A stretch of 64,000 nucleotides of DNA, taken from the NCBI GenBank assembly GCA_046317915.1, contig JBKCVJ010000046.1, forward strand, positions 23,352 through 87,351, in the 5' to 3' direction. The translations under genes and the position numbers were made by a program. Position 1 is the first letter of the stretch; each line of letters begins with the position of its first letter. Shown in pieces: positions 44,333 through 54,265 of the stretch. The DNA comes from Sphingobacteriales bacterium (GTDB lineage: Bacteria > Bacteroidota > Bacteroidia > Chitinophagales > Chitinophagaceae). The notes beneath the pieces are model-generated. The model ran no database searches, was not told the origin of the DNA, and saw nothing but the letters and a program-made list of their open reading frames with translations.

Positions 44333-45784
44333 CTATTGTCCTTGCGCCAGTGAATACGCTTTCTTATCTCCCCACATGTTCAACAATTCAGTGGAACAGA
44401 TTTTGAAATCTGCAGATACCCGCGTACATAATTCAATAATGTCTCTTTGGGTCAGCGGCGCATCGCCCACACTTTCAAAACGGCAGCGATATTGATTCAC
44501 GAGGTTTGTAAAAATGGATCCCTTCGGCCACACCTGTGTTCCCCTGTTACTTATGGTGACCAGTTTAAACAGGTCAAGGGTATGTTTCAGGCATTTTTCG
44601 GCCACTTCAGTGGGTTGTTCAGCACTTTCAATAAAAAGGTCAACCCCAACGATGGTCTCTTCTTCCATCTCCTTGCTCATGATCAGTGGATTCTTTTCCA
44701 GTTTGAACACGGTAGGCGTGATCGGCTTATTAGCAAGCATGGGTTTGGCACCATGTTCGGGCAACTTTCCAAAGTTGGCAATGATGGCGTTGGCGAATTC
44801 AGTGGTATTCAGCGCCGGCTTGGATTTGTCGCCAAAGTCGCCGGTCCTGTATCCCTGTTCCAGGGTATAGAGCAATGCATTTTCGATGATGGCTGCATTT
44901 TCCATGAGACCAAGGTGGCGGAGCATCGCTAGTCCACTCAATAGAAGGGCCGTGGGGTTTGCGATGTTTTTTCCAGTGATGTCAGGTGCGGTACCATGTA
45001 CAGCTTCAAAAATGCAGATATGATCGCCGATATTAGCCGATGGAGCAAAACCAAGTCCTCCCACGAGACCGGCACAGAGATCGGAAACGATGTCTCCCTG
45101 CAGGTTTGTCAGCACCACCACATCAAACAGATCCGGACGGGTAACCATTTTCATACAGAGGTCATCCACGATGATGTCATCGGCCTTAATATCTGGATAT
45201 TCTTTGGCTACTTCATAAAAGCATTCCAGGAACAGGCCGTCCGTGATCTTCATGATATTGGCCTTGTGTCCACAGGTGATACGGCGGGTGCCTTTCTTGC
45301 TGGCCATCTCAAACGCGTACTTGATCACTTGCAAGCTTCCGGGACGTGTAATGAACCTGCGGCTAAGGGCCACATCGTGTGTGAGCATATGCTCGATGCC
45401 ACCATAAGTATCTTCGATATTTTCCCGTACAACCGTGATGTCAATAGGGATACCGGCTTTGCTGAAAACCGTGTCCACACCGTGAAGCGTCTGGAATACC
45501 CGCTTGTTGGCGTAGGTGTTCCAGGTTTTGCGGGCGGTCACGTTTACGCTTTTTACACCTTTACCTTTTGGGGTTTCCATTGGGCCTTTAAAGAGTATGC
45601 CCAGGGTTTCAATGGTTTGCTGTGCTTCCGGCGTCATTCCATTGGAAAAGCCTTTGTCGAACACCCATTTCCCCATGTCAACGTATTCATATTCAAGGTT
45701 TACATGGTTGGCTTTGAAGATGCCTAAAACGGCTTCCATAATTTCCGGTCCTATTCCGTCGCCTTTGGCTACAGCAATTTTCAT
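44333..45784 (-). CDS. icd: Isocitrate dehydrogenase with C-terminal extension
   Basis: GDGIGPEI, VVRENIEDTY, HKANIMKITDG, NLQGDIVSD, EAVHGTAPDI. Confidence 0.9.
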   Translation of the reverse strand: MKIAVAKGDGIGPEIMEAVLGIFKANHVNLEYEYVDMGKWVFDKGFSNGMTPEAQQTIETLGILFKGPMETPKGKGVKSVNVTARKTWNTYANKRVFQTLHGVDTVFSKAGIPIDITVVRENIEDTYGGIEHMLTHDVALSRRFITRPGSLQVIKYAFEMASKKGTRRITCGHKANIMKITDGLFLECFYEVAKEYPDIKADDIIVDDLCMKMVTRPDLFDVVVLTNLQGDIVSDLCAGLVGGLGFAPSANIGDHICIFEAVHGTAPDITGKNIANPTALLLSGLAMLRHLGLMENAAIIENALLYTLEQGYRTGDFGDKSKPALNTTEFANAIIANFGKLPEHGAKPMLANKPITPTVFKLEKNPLIMSKEMEEETIVGVDLFIESAEQPTEVAEKCLKHTLDLFKLVTISNRGTQVWPKGSIFTNLVNQYRCRFESVGDAPLTQRDIIELCTRVSADFKICSTELLNMWGDKKAYSLAQGQ

Positions 45785-45809
45785 ACAATTTGTTTAAGGT
45801 GTGGCGTTG

Positions 45810-45817
45810 CAAAAATA
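45810..45817 (-). promoter_or_regulatory. Bacteroidota -7 box (TATTTTTG) for icd
   Basis: Exact consensus 25 nt upstream of the icd ATG. Confidence 0.55.
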
Positions 45818-45905
45818 CTCGGTTAAGTGCTTTGGAACACGAAGAACTGCAACAAATCTTACAACTTGGTGTTATTTTTCTATATTTAGTTAAAACAAGT
45901 GGTCC

Positions 45906-46292
45906 ATGGTTTCTAAGGTGACTGAGGGCGTAAAAGTCAGTGTGGAAAGCTTCTATCAGCCGGATTACAGCAACCCGCTGAACAGTGAGTACATGTTTGC
46001 CTACAGGATCACCATCGAAAACAACAATGACTTCCCTGTTAAGCTGCTGCGCCGGCATTGGCATATCTTCGACAGCAATGCCAACACCCGGGAGGTGGAA
46101 GGCGAAGGGGTAGTAGGCGTTCAACCCCAGATCAATGCGGGCGAGCAGTACCAATATATCAGTGGCTGTAACCTAAAAACAGAAATGGGTAAGATGTATG
46201 GCACTTACCTGATGGAAGATATGGCCAATAAGAAACAGTTTGATGTCAATATTCCCAGTTTTGACATGGTGGTACCTTTCAAGATGAATTAA
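45906..46292 (+). CDS. apaG: ApaG protein
   Basis: FAYRITIEN, LLRRHWHI, VEGEGVVGVQP, YISGCNLKT..GKMYGTY. Confidence 0.95.
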   Translation: MVSKVTEGVKVSVESFYQPDYSNPLNSEYMFAYRITIENNNDFPVKLLRRHWHIFDSNANTREVEGEGVVGVQPQINAGEQYQYISGCNLKTEMGKMYGTYLMEDMANKKQFDVNIPSFDMVVPFKMN

Positions 46293-46390
46293 AAGCCAAG
46301 GTTAAACGTTAACATGGGGTTTATCCTGAATATCTTACCTTTACAGGGTACAGATATTGAGTTTTTTATTATTGAATTTTCACTTGTTCT

Positions 46391-47482
46391 ATGGCCTACA
46401 AAGTAAGTTTTAACAACAGCAACCGTGTATTTTTCAACACTTTAAAGACGGCTGTTGACGAGTATTTCGAGAAAAATAATCTCCGGAAAACAGGCAACTA
46501 TAAGCTTTACGTAAAAACCACCACGTTGATCGTTTCAACGCTGGCGATTTACCTAAGTGTATTGTTTCTTCCCATGCCCGGGTGGGTGGCCATCTTGCTG
46601 AGTGCCGGTTTCGGCCTGTGCATGGCTTTCATTGGTTTCAATGTTATGCATGACGCCAACCACGGCAGTTTTTCCTCACGGAAATGGGTCAACGAAGTTT
46701 TTGGGTTGACGCTCAATTTCATTGGCGGTAATGCTTTTTTGTGGAAGCTGAAGCATAACATCGTTCACCACACCTATACCAATATTGACGGGGTGGATGA
46801 TGACATCAACAATATGCCGTTTATGCGCGAAGCGCCTACACAACCCTGGAAGCCCATGCACCGTTACCAGGGGTACTACATGTTCATGTTATACGGATTC
46901 ACTTCGCTGTTCATGTGGATCTCAGACTTTATCAAATATTTTTCGAAGAAAGTATACACCACGGAATTGAAGCCGATGGATGTGAAGGAGCATATGATCT
47001 TCTGGATCACCAAGGCCGCTTATGTGGTATTGTATGTGGTGATTCCGATCCTGGTTCTCGGTTGGAAGCCCTGGCTGATCGGATTTGCTGTGATGCATTT
47101 TGTACTCGGTCTCACCATCGCCATTGTGTTCCAGTTGGCACACGTAGTGGAGCATGCGGAGTTTTCTGTTGCGGGCGTGGAGCCTGTCAAAATTGAGAAC
47201 GAGTGGGCCATCCACCAGATCAAGACAACCGCCAATTTCGCGGCTGGGAATAAGCTCGTTACCTGGTGCCTTGGTGGATTGAATTTCCAGATTGAACACC
47301 ATCTTTTCCCGAGGGTCAGCCATATTCACTATCCGGCTATCAGCAAAATTGTGAAAGATACCTGCGAGCAATTTAAGCTCAGATATAACTACTTTCCAAC
47401 CATGGGAGAAGCTGTGTATTCCCACTTTAAGATCATGGATCAACTTGGAAGAAATAACCAAGAACTAGCAATTAACAATTAG
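46391..47482 (+). CDS. Membrane acyl-CoA/fatty acid desaturase
   Basis: His boxes MHDANHGS, HNIVHHTYTN, QIEHHLFP. Confidence 0.92.
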   Translation: MAYKVSFNNSNRVFFNTLKTAVDEYFEKNNLRKTGNYKLYVKTTTLIVSTLAIYLSVLFLPMPGWVAILLSAGFGLCMAFIGFNVMHDANHGSFSSRKWVNEVFGLTLNFIGGNAFLWKLKHNIVHHTYTNIDGVDDDINNMPFMREAPTQPWKPMHRYQGYYMFMLYGFTSLFMWISDFIKYFSKKVYTTELKPMDVKEHMIFWITKAAYVVLYVVIPILVLGWKPWLIGFAVMHFVLGLTIAIVFQLAHVVEHAEFSVAGVEPVKIENEWAIHQIKTTANFAAGNKLVTWCLGGLNFQIEHHLFPRVSHIHYPAISKIVKDTCEQFKLRYNYFPTMGEAVYSHFKIMDQLGRNNQELAINN

Positions 47483-47597
47483 CAATTAACAATTGGCAAT
47501 TGGCACTGGTTTTTGGAAGGTAGATTTTGGTGAGCGTCACTAACTTCCAACAACCAGTGCTAATTGCTAACTGTTAATTGCTAATTGTCAATTGTTA
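47466..47597. repeat. Second REP/MITE-like element with 45-bp heptamer arms; 42-nt spacer
   Basis: Arms 47466-47510 and 47553-47597 with the same (TRRCAAT)5-TRGCACT-GGT layout; lies between convergent desaturase and gldB. Confidence 0.88.
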
Positions 47598-47600
47598 GAT

Positions 47601-48632
47601 TTACTTCGGTTTGTATTTAGACAACTCAAATACTTTCCTATTATCCATCTGCATCAACTGCTCCAATGAAGTATCCGGATGATCAGCCATGTATTTCTTA
47701 ACGATCTGCCATCCGGTAAACAACGCAATATAGCCCGGAGATTCATCGCCCAGTTCCGGAGTTTTGGGCCCTTCGCCCACAAATGACTTGATCTTCTGGT
47801 AGTCTGATTCGTAGAGGAAATTATTCTCGGTAAACATGTTCCAGATCACGGCTTCGCTTTTGTAGGCACCGGCCAGCTGGTTGGTAGTGTAGCCGACCTT
47901 CAGCGTATCTGCTACGTCGGGCAGCAAACGGTCCAGCACATACATTCGTTTCCCTTTATCCACCATCTGCTCCACCAGGGTCTTGTTTTTCGGTTGATCG
48001 GGGAACATATCATCAATGATGTTCCGTGCGCTGTTCACTACAATATACGATGGCTCAAACCGCCTGGAAATATACTGGGGATAGCCCTGGCCGCCTTCTT
48101 CAGCATACAGCGGTGAGTTGCCGCCAAGGTGCATCTGCAAGCCGATGCCCAAACCAGAACTTGTGATCACATCACCTGACCAGCCGAGTGTACTTTCATA
48201 AAAGGCATCCATCGGCCCAACAAAACTGATCAGTTTTTCCGGAAGCGGATATTTCGGAAAATAGTGGTGTGTATATTTCAACATCTGCGTGACTTCATTA
48301 GTATACACAGAAAAGTCTTTGTACTTCGCATCAGACGCTTCTTTCACGGGCCTGAAATCCGTTATGAATTTTTTAACAATCAGCACCGCTTGTGGATCAC
48401 CTGCAGGGATGCCGAGGATATTACCCATGAAGTCCTGGAAAAAACCGGGATATTGTGCGGCCAGTTTTTGCATGGAAGCCGCCATATTGTTGGTGTCCAA
48501 CGCAAATAGGTCCTGTTCAAAACGTTGCGTGACCAGGTTGACCTTGATACCGGATACGTCTGGCTTTTTGTCCGGGTTGGAACAAGCGGCAAAACAGGCG
48601 ATGAAAAGCAGTAAAATGATTGTTGATCTCAT
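47601..48632 (-). CDS. gldB: Gliding motility lipoprotein GldB
   Basis: Lipobox FAAC; QRFEQDLF, LGIGLQMHLG, YISRRF, GKRMY, PGYIALFTGWQIVKKYM; start moved to MRSTII. Confidence 0.85.
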   Translation of the reverse strand: MRSTIILLLFIACFAACSNPDKKPDVSGIKVNLVTQRFEQDLFALDTNNMAASMQKLAAQYPGFFQDFMGNILGIPAGDPQAVLIVKKFITDFRPVKEASDAKYKDFSVYTNEVTQMLKYTHHYFPKYPLPEKLISFVGPMDAFYESTLGWSGDVITSSGLGIGLQMHLGGNSPLYAEEGGQGYPQYISRRFEPSYIVVNSARNIIDDMFPDQPKNKTLVEQMVDKGKRMYVLDRLLPDVADTLKVGYTTNQLAGAYKSEAVIWNMFTENNFLYESDYQKIKSFVGEGPKTPELGDESPGYIALFTGWQIVKKYMADHPDTSLEQLMQMDNRKVFELSKYKPK

Positions 48633-48691
48633 GTGAAGGATAAGGTGCACAAGGATAATGATTTTATGAAACAATTTGTGAACTTCGTTAT

Positions 48692-50413
48692 ATGAAGATT
48701 TTCCTTTCGCAGCAAAATTACCATATCGGCAACTTTGAAGAGAATACCCGAAAGATCATCGGATCCATCGGCAAGGCTAAGGAAGCGGGTGCAGACCTGG
48801 TGGTTTTTTCAGAGCTCTGCGTGTGCGGGTATCCGCCGAGGGATTTCCTCGAGTTTGAAGACTTTATTGAAAAATGTTACGCGGCCGTTGATGAGATCCG
48901 TAAGCATGCAGACAATATCGGTGTTATCATCGGCTCACCCGCAAGGAACCCCAAACGGGAAGGGAAGGACCTTTTCAATGCAGCCTGGTTCCTCTATGAG
49001 CAGGAAGTGAAGGCTGTAGTTCATAAAACATTACTGCCAACCTACGATGTTTTTGATGAGTACCGATATTTTGAGCCCGCCTTTCAGTGGGACTGTATAA
49101 CGTTCAAGGGTACCCGAATTGCACTGACCATTTGTGAAGACATCTGGAACCTGGGCGACAATCCCTTATACAGGATTTGTCCGATGGATAAACTGATTCA
49201 GCAAGATCCGCAATTGATGGTGAATATTTCTGCTTCGCCGTTTGACTATGATCATGACGCGGATCGCAGGGAAGTGGTGCACCAGAATGTGGTTAAATAC
49301 GGTTTGCCGATCGTGTACTGCAACGGGGTAGGTTCCCAGACAGAGATTGTTTTTGATGGCGGCAGCCTGGTGTATGACGCTACGGGCAGGCTTTTGAAAG
49401 AGATGAAATATTTTGAGGAAGATGAATATTTGGCTGAGTTGGACCTGAACATCGCAAGATCCTCACAAGACAGTACGGCAAGCCTTCCGCAAGACCTGTT
49501 TGATAAAGAGATGCGCGTAAGCAAGATTGCCGATCCTGAGCAAGTGATCAACTACCTGACCAAGGAAGAGAACATTGCGCAGATCCACAAGGCACTGGTG
49601 TTGGGCATTAGCGATTACTTCCGGAAGATGGGTTTTACCAAGGCGATCCTTGGCAGCAGTGGGGGGATCGACAGTGCAGTGACCCTTGCATTGGCATGCG
49701 AGGCATTGGGAAAGGAGAATGTATTAGCGGTATTGATGCCTTCGCAATATTCCACGGGCCATTCCGTCAGCGATGCGGAGCAACTGAGCCGCAACCTTGG
49801 CAATCCTTATGAGATCATTCCGATCAAACCTGTGTATGACGCTTTCCTGTCATCGCTTCAACCCATCTTTAAAGACTTACCCTTTAGCGTAGCCGAAGAA
49901 AATATTCAAAGCAGAACCCGCGGTAATCTGCTGATGGCCATTTCTAATAAGTTTGGCTATATTTTACTAAATACCTCCAATAAGAGCGAGCTTGCAACAG
50001 GATATGGCACACTTTATGGGGATATGGCCGGTGGTTTGAGTGTGTTGGGCGATGTGTACAAGATGCAGGTTTTCGCGTTGGCGAGGTATATCAACCGGCA
50101 TCAGGCGTTGATCCCAGTGAACATCATCGAGAAGCCGCCCAGTGCGGAACTCAGGCCCAACCAAAAGGATAGTGATAGTCTGCCAGACTATAGCCTGTTA
50201 GACAAAGTATTGTACCAGTATATAGAGCGCCGTAAAGGACCGGGGGAGATTATTGCGATGGGTATTGAAGAGGCCTTGGTGAAACGGGTGCTCAAGTTGG
50301 TAAACACAAATGAATACAAACGCAACCAGTTCTGCCCCATCATAAGGGTCAGCACTAAGGCGTTTGGGGTTGGGAGGAGGGTTCCGATTGTGGCGAAATA
50401 CCTTGGGTATTGA
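48692..50413 (+). CDS. nadE: Glutamine-dependent NAD+ synthetase
   Basis: Nitrilase domain E-K-C triad (FSEL, HKTLLP, ICEDIW) plus SSGGIDS, ENIQSRTRG, GYGTLYGD, PPSAEL. Confidence 0.96.
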   Translation: MKIFLSQQNYHIGNFEENTRKIIGSIGKAKEAGADLVVFSELCVCGYPPRDFLEFEDFIEKCYAAVDEIRKHADNIGVIIGSPARNPKREGKDLFNAAWFLYEQEVKAVVHKTLLPTYDVFDEYRYFEPAFQWDCITFKGTRIALTICEDIWNLGDNPLYRICPMDKLIQQDPQLMVNISASPFDYDHDADRREVVHQNVVKYGLPIVYCNGVGSQTEIVFDGGSLVYDATGRLLKEMKYFEEDEYLAELDLNIARSSQDSTASLPQDLFDKEMRVSKIADPEQVINYLTKEENIAQIHKALVLGISDYFRKMGFTKAILGSSGGIDSAVTLALACEALGKENVLAVLMPSQYSTGHSVSDAEQLSRNLGNPYEIIPIKPVYDAFLSSLQPIFKDLPFSVAEENIQSRTRGNLLMAISNKFGYILLNTSNKSELATGYGTLYGDMAGGLSVLGDVYKMQVFALARYINRHQALIPVNIIEKPPSAELRPNQKDSDSLPDYSLLDKVLYQYIERRKGPGEIIAMGIEEALVKRVLKLVNTNEYKRNQFCPIIRVSTKAFGVGRRVPIVAKYLGY

Positions 50414-50418
50414 TTGGT

Positions 50419-50455
50419 GAACAATTACAATTGGCAATTGACAATTAGCAATTAG
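50419..50455. repeat. Solo (TRRCAAT)n heptamer array
   Basis: gaacaat tacaat tggcaat tgacaat tagcaat tag; same unit as the 45-bp arms, with no partner arm. Confidence 0.75.
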
Positions 50456-50464
50456 AAGAAGCAT

Positions 50465-51466
50465 ATGATCACAAACGCAGAGGACATTAAACAATTGAAT
50501 GAGCGCATTCAGCAGGCGGCAGGATTTGTAGAAAGGATAGAATCTGAAATTTCCAGGGTGATCGTTGGCCAGCATTATATGGTCAGCAGGTTGCTGGTAG
50601 GACTGCTTAGCAATGGGCACGTGCTATTGGAAGGCGTTCCAGGATTGGCCAAAACCCTTTCCATCAAATCGCTGGCGCAAACCATCAATGCCCATTTCAG
50701 CAGGATCCAGTTCACGCCGGATCTATTGCCTGCAGACGTGATTGGTACGATGATCTACAACCAGCAAAGCGGTCAGTTTGTGGTGCGCAAGGGCCCCATC
50801 TTTGCCAATTTCGTTTTGGCGGATGAGATCAACCGCGCACCGGCGAAGGTGCAAAGTGCGTTGCTGGAAGCCATGCAGGAAAAGCAGGTGACCATTGGCG
50901 ATACTACTTTTAAACTGGATGAGCCCTTTCTCGTGTTGGCTACACAGAACCCGATTGATCAGGAAGGAACCTACCCCTTACCGGAGGCGCAAGTTGACCG
51001 TTTCATGCTGAAAGTATTGATTGATTATCCTTCCAGGAGTGAAGAGCAGTTGATCATTCGCCAAAACATGTTGGGTGCCACCAGCACCCCGATTAACCAG
51101 GTGGCCTCGATCCAGGAGATCCAACAGGCAAGGAGTTTGGTGCGGGGAATCTATATGGATGAAAAGATTGAAGGATATATTCTCGATATCGTTTTTGCCA
51201 CACGCCAGCCGGAGAAGTTCAAGCTGGAGAAACTGAAGTCACTGATCTCTTATGGAGGTTCACCGCGTGCAAGCATCAACCTGGCCCTGGCGGCAAAGGC
51301 TTTTGCATTCACCAAGAAACGCGGTTACGTGATCCCTGATGACGTGAAGAGCATAGCCAAGGATGTGATGCGCCACCGCATCGGCCTCACCTATGAAGCC
51401 GAAGCAGAGAATGTGACATCGGAACATGTGGTTGATGAAATCTTAAGAACCGTACAGGTGCCATAA
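50465..51466 (+). CDS. MoxR-family AAA+ ATPase
   Basis: LLEGVPGLAKT, RIQFTPDLLPAD, LADEINRAPAKVQSALLEAM, ATQNP. Confidence 0.95.
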   Translation: MITNAEDIKQLNERIQQAAGFVERIESEISRVIVGQHYMVSRLLVGLLSNGHVLLEGVPGLAKTLSIKSLAQTINAHFSRIQFTPDLLPADVIGTMIYNQQSGQFVVRKGPIFANFVLADEINRAPAKVQSALLEAMQEKQVTIGDTTFKLDEPFLVLATQNPIDQEGTYPLPEAQVDRFMLKVLIDYPSRSEEQLIIRQNMLGATSTPINQVASIQEIQQARSLVRGIYMDEKIEGYILDIVFATRQPEKFKLEKLKSLISYGGSPRASINLALAAKAFAFTKKRGYVIPDDVKSIAKDVMRHRIGLTYEAEAENVTSEHVVDEILRTVQVP

Positions 51467-52335
51467 TGCTGACCACTGCAGACATATTGAAGAAAGTCAG
51501 GGAGCTGGAGATCAAGAGTAAAAAGCTCACCTCACACTTGTTTACAGGTGAGTACCACAGTGCCTTCAAAGGCCGTGGGATGAGCTTTAAGGAGGTGCGG
51601 GAGTATGCGGCAGGGGATGATATTCGGTTTATCGACTGGAACGTGTCAGCGAGGTTCGGCCATCCGTACAGCAAGATGTTTGAAGAGGAACGGGAACTGA
51701 CGATGATGTTGCTGGTGGATGTAAGTGCCAGTTCATTGTTTGGTACGGTTCACCAACGTAAGAAAGACCTGATCACGGAAGTATCCGCCATGCTTGCGTT
51801 TGCGGCCATCAACAACAATGATAAAGTAGGGGTGATCTTTTTCAGCGATAAAGTGGAATTCTATATTCCTCCCAAAAAAGGACGGGATCACGTGTTATAC
51901 ATTGTTCGTGAGTTGTTAACGATGGAACCCAAACAGAAGGGTACAGACCTTAATGCCGCGGTTCGTTTTTTCAACAATTCTGTGAAGCAAAAAAGCATTG
52001 CATTCATCCTGAGTGATTTCATGACGGATAAATATGACGATGCCCTGCGTGTGGCGGGAAACAGGCATGATGTGATTGGCCTGAAGGTGTACGACAAAAT
52101 GGATATGCAACTGCCTGGTATCGGACTCGTGCAGGTGCAGGATGCCGAGACCGGATTTGTGGAGTGGCTTGATACCAGTGACGCAACGGTGCAATACAAT
52201 TATGCAACCCAATTCAACCAGAATGAAGAAGCCTGCCGGAACCATTTTAAGAAGGCAGGTGCCGCACTGCTCTATGTGCGGACGGATGAGGATTATGTAA
52301 GGATCCTCCAGAAATTCTTCAAGCAGCGCAAATGA
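51466..52335 (+). CDS. DUF58-domain protein
   Basis: FKGRGMSFKEVREYAAGDDIRFIDWNVSAR. Confidence 0.93.
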   Translation: MLTTADILKKVRELEIKSKKLTSHLFTGEYHSAFKGRGMSFKEVREYAAGDDIRFIDWNVSARFGHPYSKMFEEERELTMMLLVDVSASSLFGTVHQRKKDLITEVSAMLAFAAINNNDKVGVIFFSDKVEFYIPPKKGRDHVLYIVRELLTMEPKQKGTDLNAAVRFFNNSVKQKSIAFILSDFMTDKYDDALRVAGNRHDVIGLKVYDKMDMQLPGIGLVQVQDAETGFVEWLDTSDATVQYNYATQFNQNEEACRNHFKKAGAALLYVRTDEDYVRILQKFFKQRK

Positions 52336-52336
52336 T

Positions 52337-53254
52337 ATGAGTGTACTACGTCCACGAACCTGGGGATACCGATTAAGCTTGTTGCTGGTTTGTTTGCTGG
52401 CAGGGATGCTTGTGTGTAAGGCACAATATCTAACCTTATCAACGGATCGTAAGGATATCCTGCTGGGTGAACAGTTTACACTCACCATTAAGCTCACTTC
52501 GTCGCCGGGCAAAGTTATTTCTGGCTGGCCCTTGGTTCCGGACAGTATCAATCACCTGGAAGTGATCTCCCGTGGAACGATAGACAGTACTCGCGAAGGA
52601 AACAAGATCATCTATTCCCAGGCCATGGTCATGACGGGATTTGATTCCGGACATTGGGTCATTCCACCAATGGGCGTAAATGTTGACGGTAAAGAGGTTA
52701 CAAGTACCTCGACAGACATCAATGTACAGTCCATCAAACTGGAAGGGTCTGAGTACAATGATGTTAAGGAGATCATTGAAGTGCCTCCGCCTGGACCTGA
52801 ATGGAAATCGATCCTGTTGTATGCTTTCGGGATTTTATTGCTGTTGCTGCTGTTGTATTTCTGGAGGCGAAACCGGAAGAAAAAACCTGTTGTGGTTAAG
52901 CCGGTTTCCAAAGGAACCGCATATGACCAGGCAATGAAGGCCCTGGAAGCATTGCGGAAAGAACAGTTGGTAGAGAAGGGAGAGATGAAAAAATTCTATT
53001 CCGGACTATATGATATTTTTCGGGAGTATGGTTCTGCGTTGTCAGGGAGTAGCTTGATGCAAAGTACAACTGACGATGTATTGATCTCGATGAAAGGTTC
53101 TCTGGAAGGCAGTTCTTTCAGCAAGCTGGCCGAAGTGTTGCGCATCAGTGATGCGGTTAAGTTTGCAAAGTATGGTTCTTCAAAAGAGGAAGCTTCAGAA
53201 AGTTTTACTGTTGTGAAAGAAAGCATCGACCTGTTGAACAAGAAAAAAGTGTAA
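52337..53254 (+). CDS. Bat-operon-associated membrane protein (BatD-like N-terminal region)
   Basis: Signal peptide, Ig-like region (GFDSGHWVIP), one TM, C-terminal DAVKFAK; between DUF58 and batA. Confidence 0.7.
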   Translation: MSVLRPRTWGYRLSLLLVCLLAGMLVCKAQYLTLSTDRKDILLGEQFTLTIKLTSSPGKVISGWPLVPDSINHLEVISRGTIDSTREGNKIIYSQAMVMTGFDSGHWVIPPMGVNVDGKEVTSTSTDINVQSIKLEGSEYNDVKEIIEVPPPGPEWKSILLYAFGILLLLLLLYFWRRNRKKKPVVVKPVSKGTAYDQAMKALEALRKEQLVEKGEMKKFYSGLYDIFREYGSALSGSSLMQSTTDDVLISMKGSLEGSSFSKLAEVLRISDAVKFAKYGSSKEEASESFTVVKESIDLLNKKKV

Positions 53255-53256
53255 GG

Positions 53257-54264
53257 GTGATCAGGGATTACTTTAAAGATATTGAGTTCGCTTATCCGCA
53301 ACTGTTGTTTCTGTTGCTGCTGATCCCGTTGCTTGCGGGTTGGTACATTAGCAGGCAGAATCGTCAGTTGGCATCCCTTCGTGTGTCATCCCTGAAAAGT
53401 TTTCACAACACGGCTTCATGGAAGCGCACGCTCAGGCATATTGGCATAACCCTTCGTCTGTTTGCGATTGCCGCATTGATCATTGCAATGGCGCGTCCAC
53501 AGACCAGTTATGAAGAGAAGAAAACGGAAGGGGAAGGTATTGATGTGGTGCTGTGTATTGACGTGAGTGGGAGCATGCTGGCACAGGATTTTTCACCGAA
53601 CCGTTTGGAAGCTGCCAAGCAGGTTGCCGCAGAGTTTGTTAAATACAGACCCACGGACCGGATAGGGCTGGTCATCTTTGCCGGCGAGAGTTTTACGCAA
53701 TGTCCGCTTACGTCTGATCACAATATGCTGGCTGCACAGATCTATGGCATTCGCGGTGGCTTCATGGTGGATGGCACGGCCATCGGTTCAGGATTGGCCA
53801 CCAGTGTGGACCGGCTCAGGACGGGAAAGACCAAATCAAAGGTGGTTGTGCTGCTCACAGACGGTGAAAACAACGGCGGCCTCATCGATCCAAAAACAGC
53901 TAAGGAAATTGCAAAAGCTTTGGGCGTGAAAGTGTATACCATTGGAGTGGGTACTGAAGGATTTGCGCCAACGCCTGTGCAAACGCCATCCGGGGCCATC
54001 ATCATGCAGCAGGAGAAAGTGAATATCGATGAGAAGCTATTGACCGAAATCGCTACGGAAACGGGCGGGAAATATTTCAGGGCCAGGGACAATGAGAGCC
54101 TCAAACAGATCTATGCCGAGATCGATCAGATGGAAAAGACCAAGATTGAGATCAGTACTACAAAGCGTTTCAATGAGAAATATTATCCCTTGGTGTTGCT
54201 AGCGTTATTGTTCATTTTTCTGGAGGTATTGTTCCGGTACACTGTCTTTCGCAAATTTCCATAG
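53257..54264 (+). CDS. batA: BatA VWA-domain protein
   Basis: N-terminal FAYP.LLFLLLLIP, MIDAS IDVSGSM, PLTSD, LLTDGENN; GTG start. Confidence 0.88.
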   Translation: MIRDYFKDIEFAYPQLLFLLLLIPLLAGWYISRQNRQLASLRVSSLKSFHNTASWKRTLRHIGITLRLFAIAALIIAMARPQTSYEEKKTEGEGIDVVLCIDVSGSMLAQDFSPNRLEAAKQVAAEFVKYRPTDRIGLVIFAGESFTQCPLTSDHNMLAAQIYGIRGGFMVDGTAIGSGLATSVDRLRTGKTKSKVVVLLTDGENNGGLIDPKTAKEIAKALGVKVYTIGVGTEGFAPTPVQTPSGAIIMQQEKVNIDEKLLTEIATETGGKYFRARDNESLKQIYAEIDQMEKTKIEISTTKRFNEKYYPLVLLALLFIFLEVLFRYTVFRKFP

Positions 54265-54265
54265 G

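Noticed and set aside
44210-47597. Repeat arrays as CRISPR
   Set aside because: Units are 7-8 bp in tandem with no unique spacers of regular length, and no cas genes are present.
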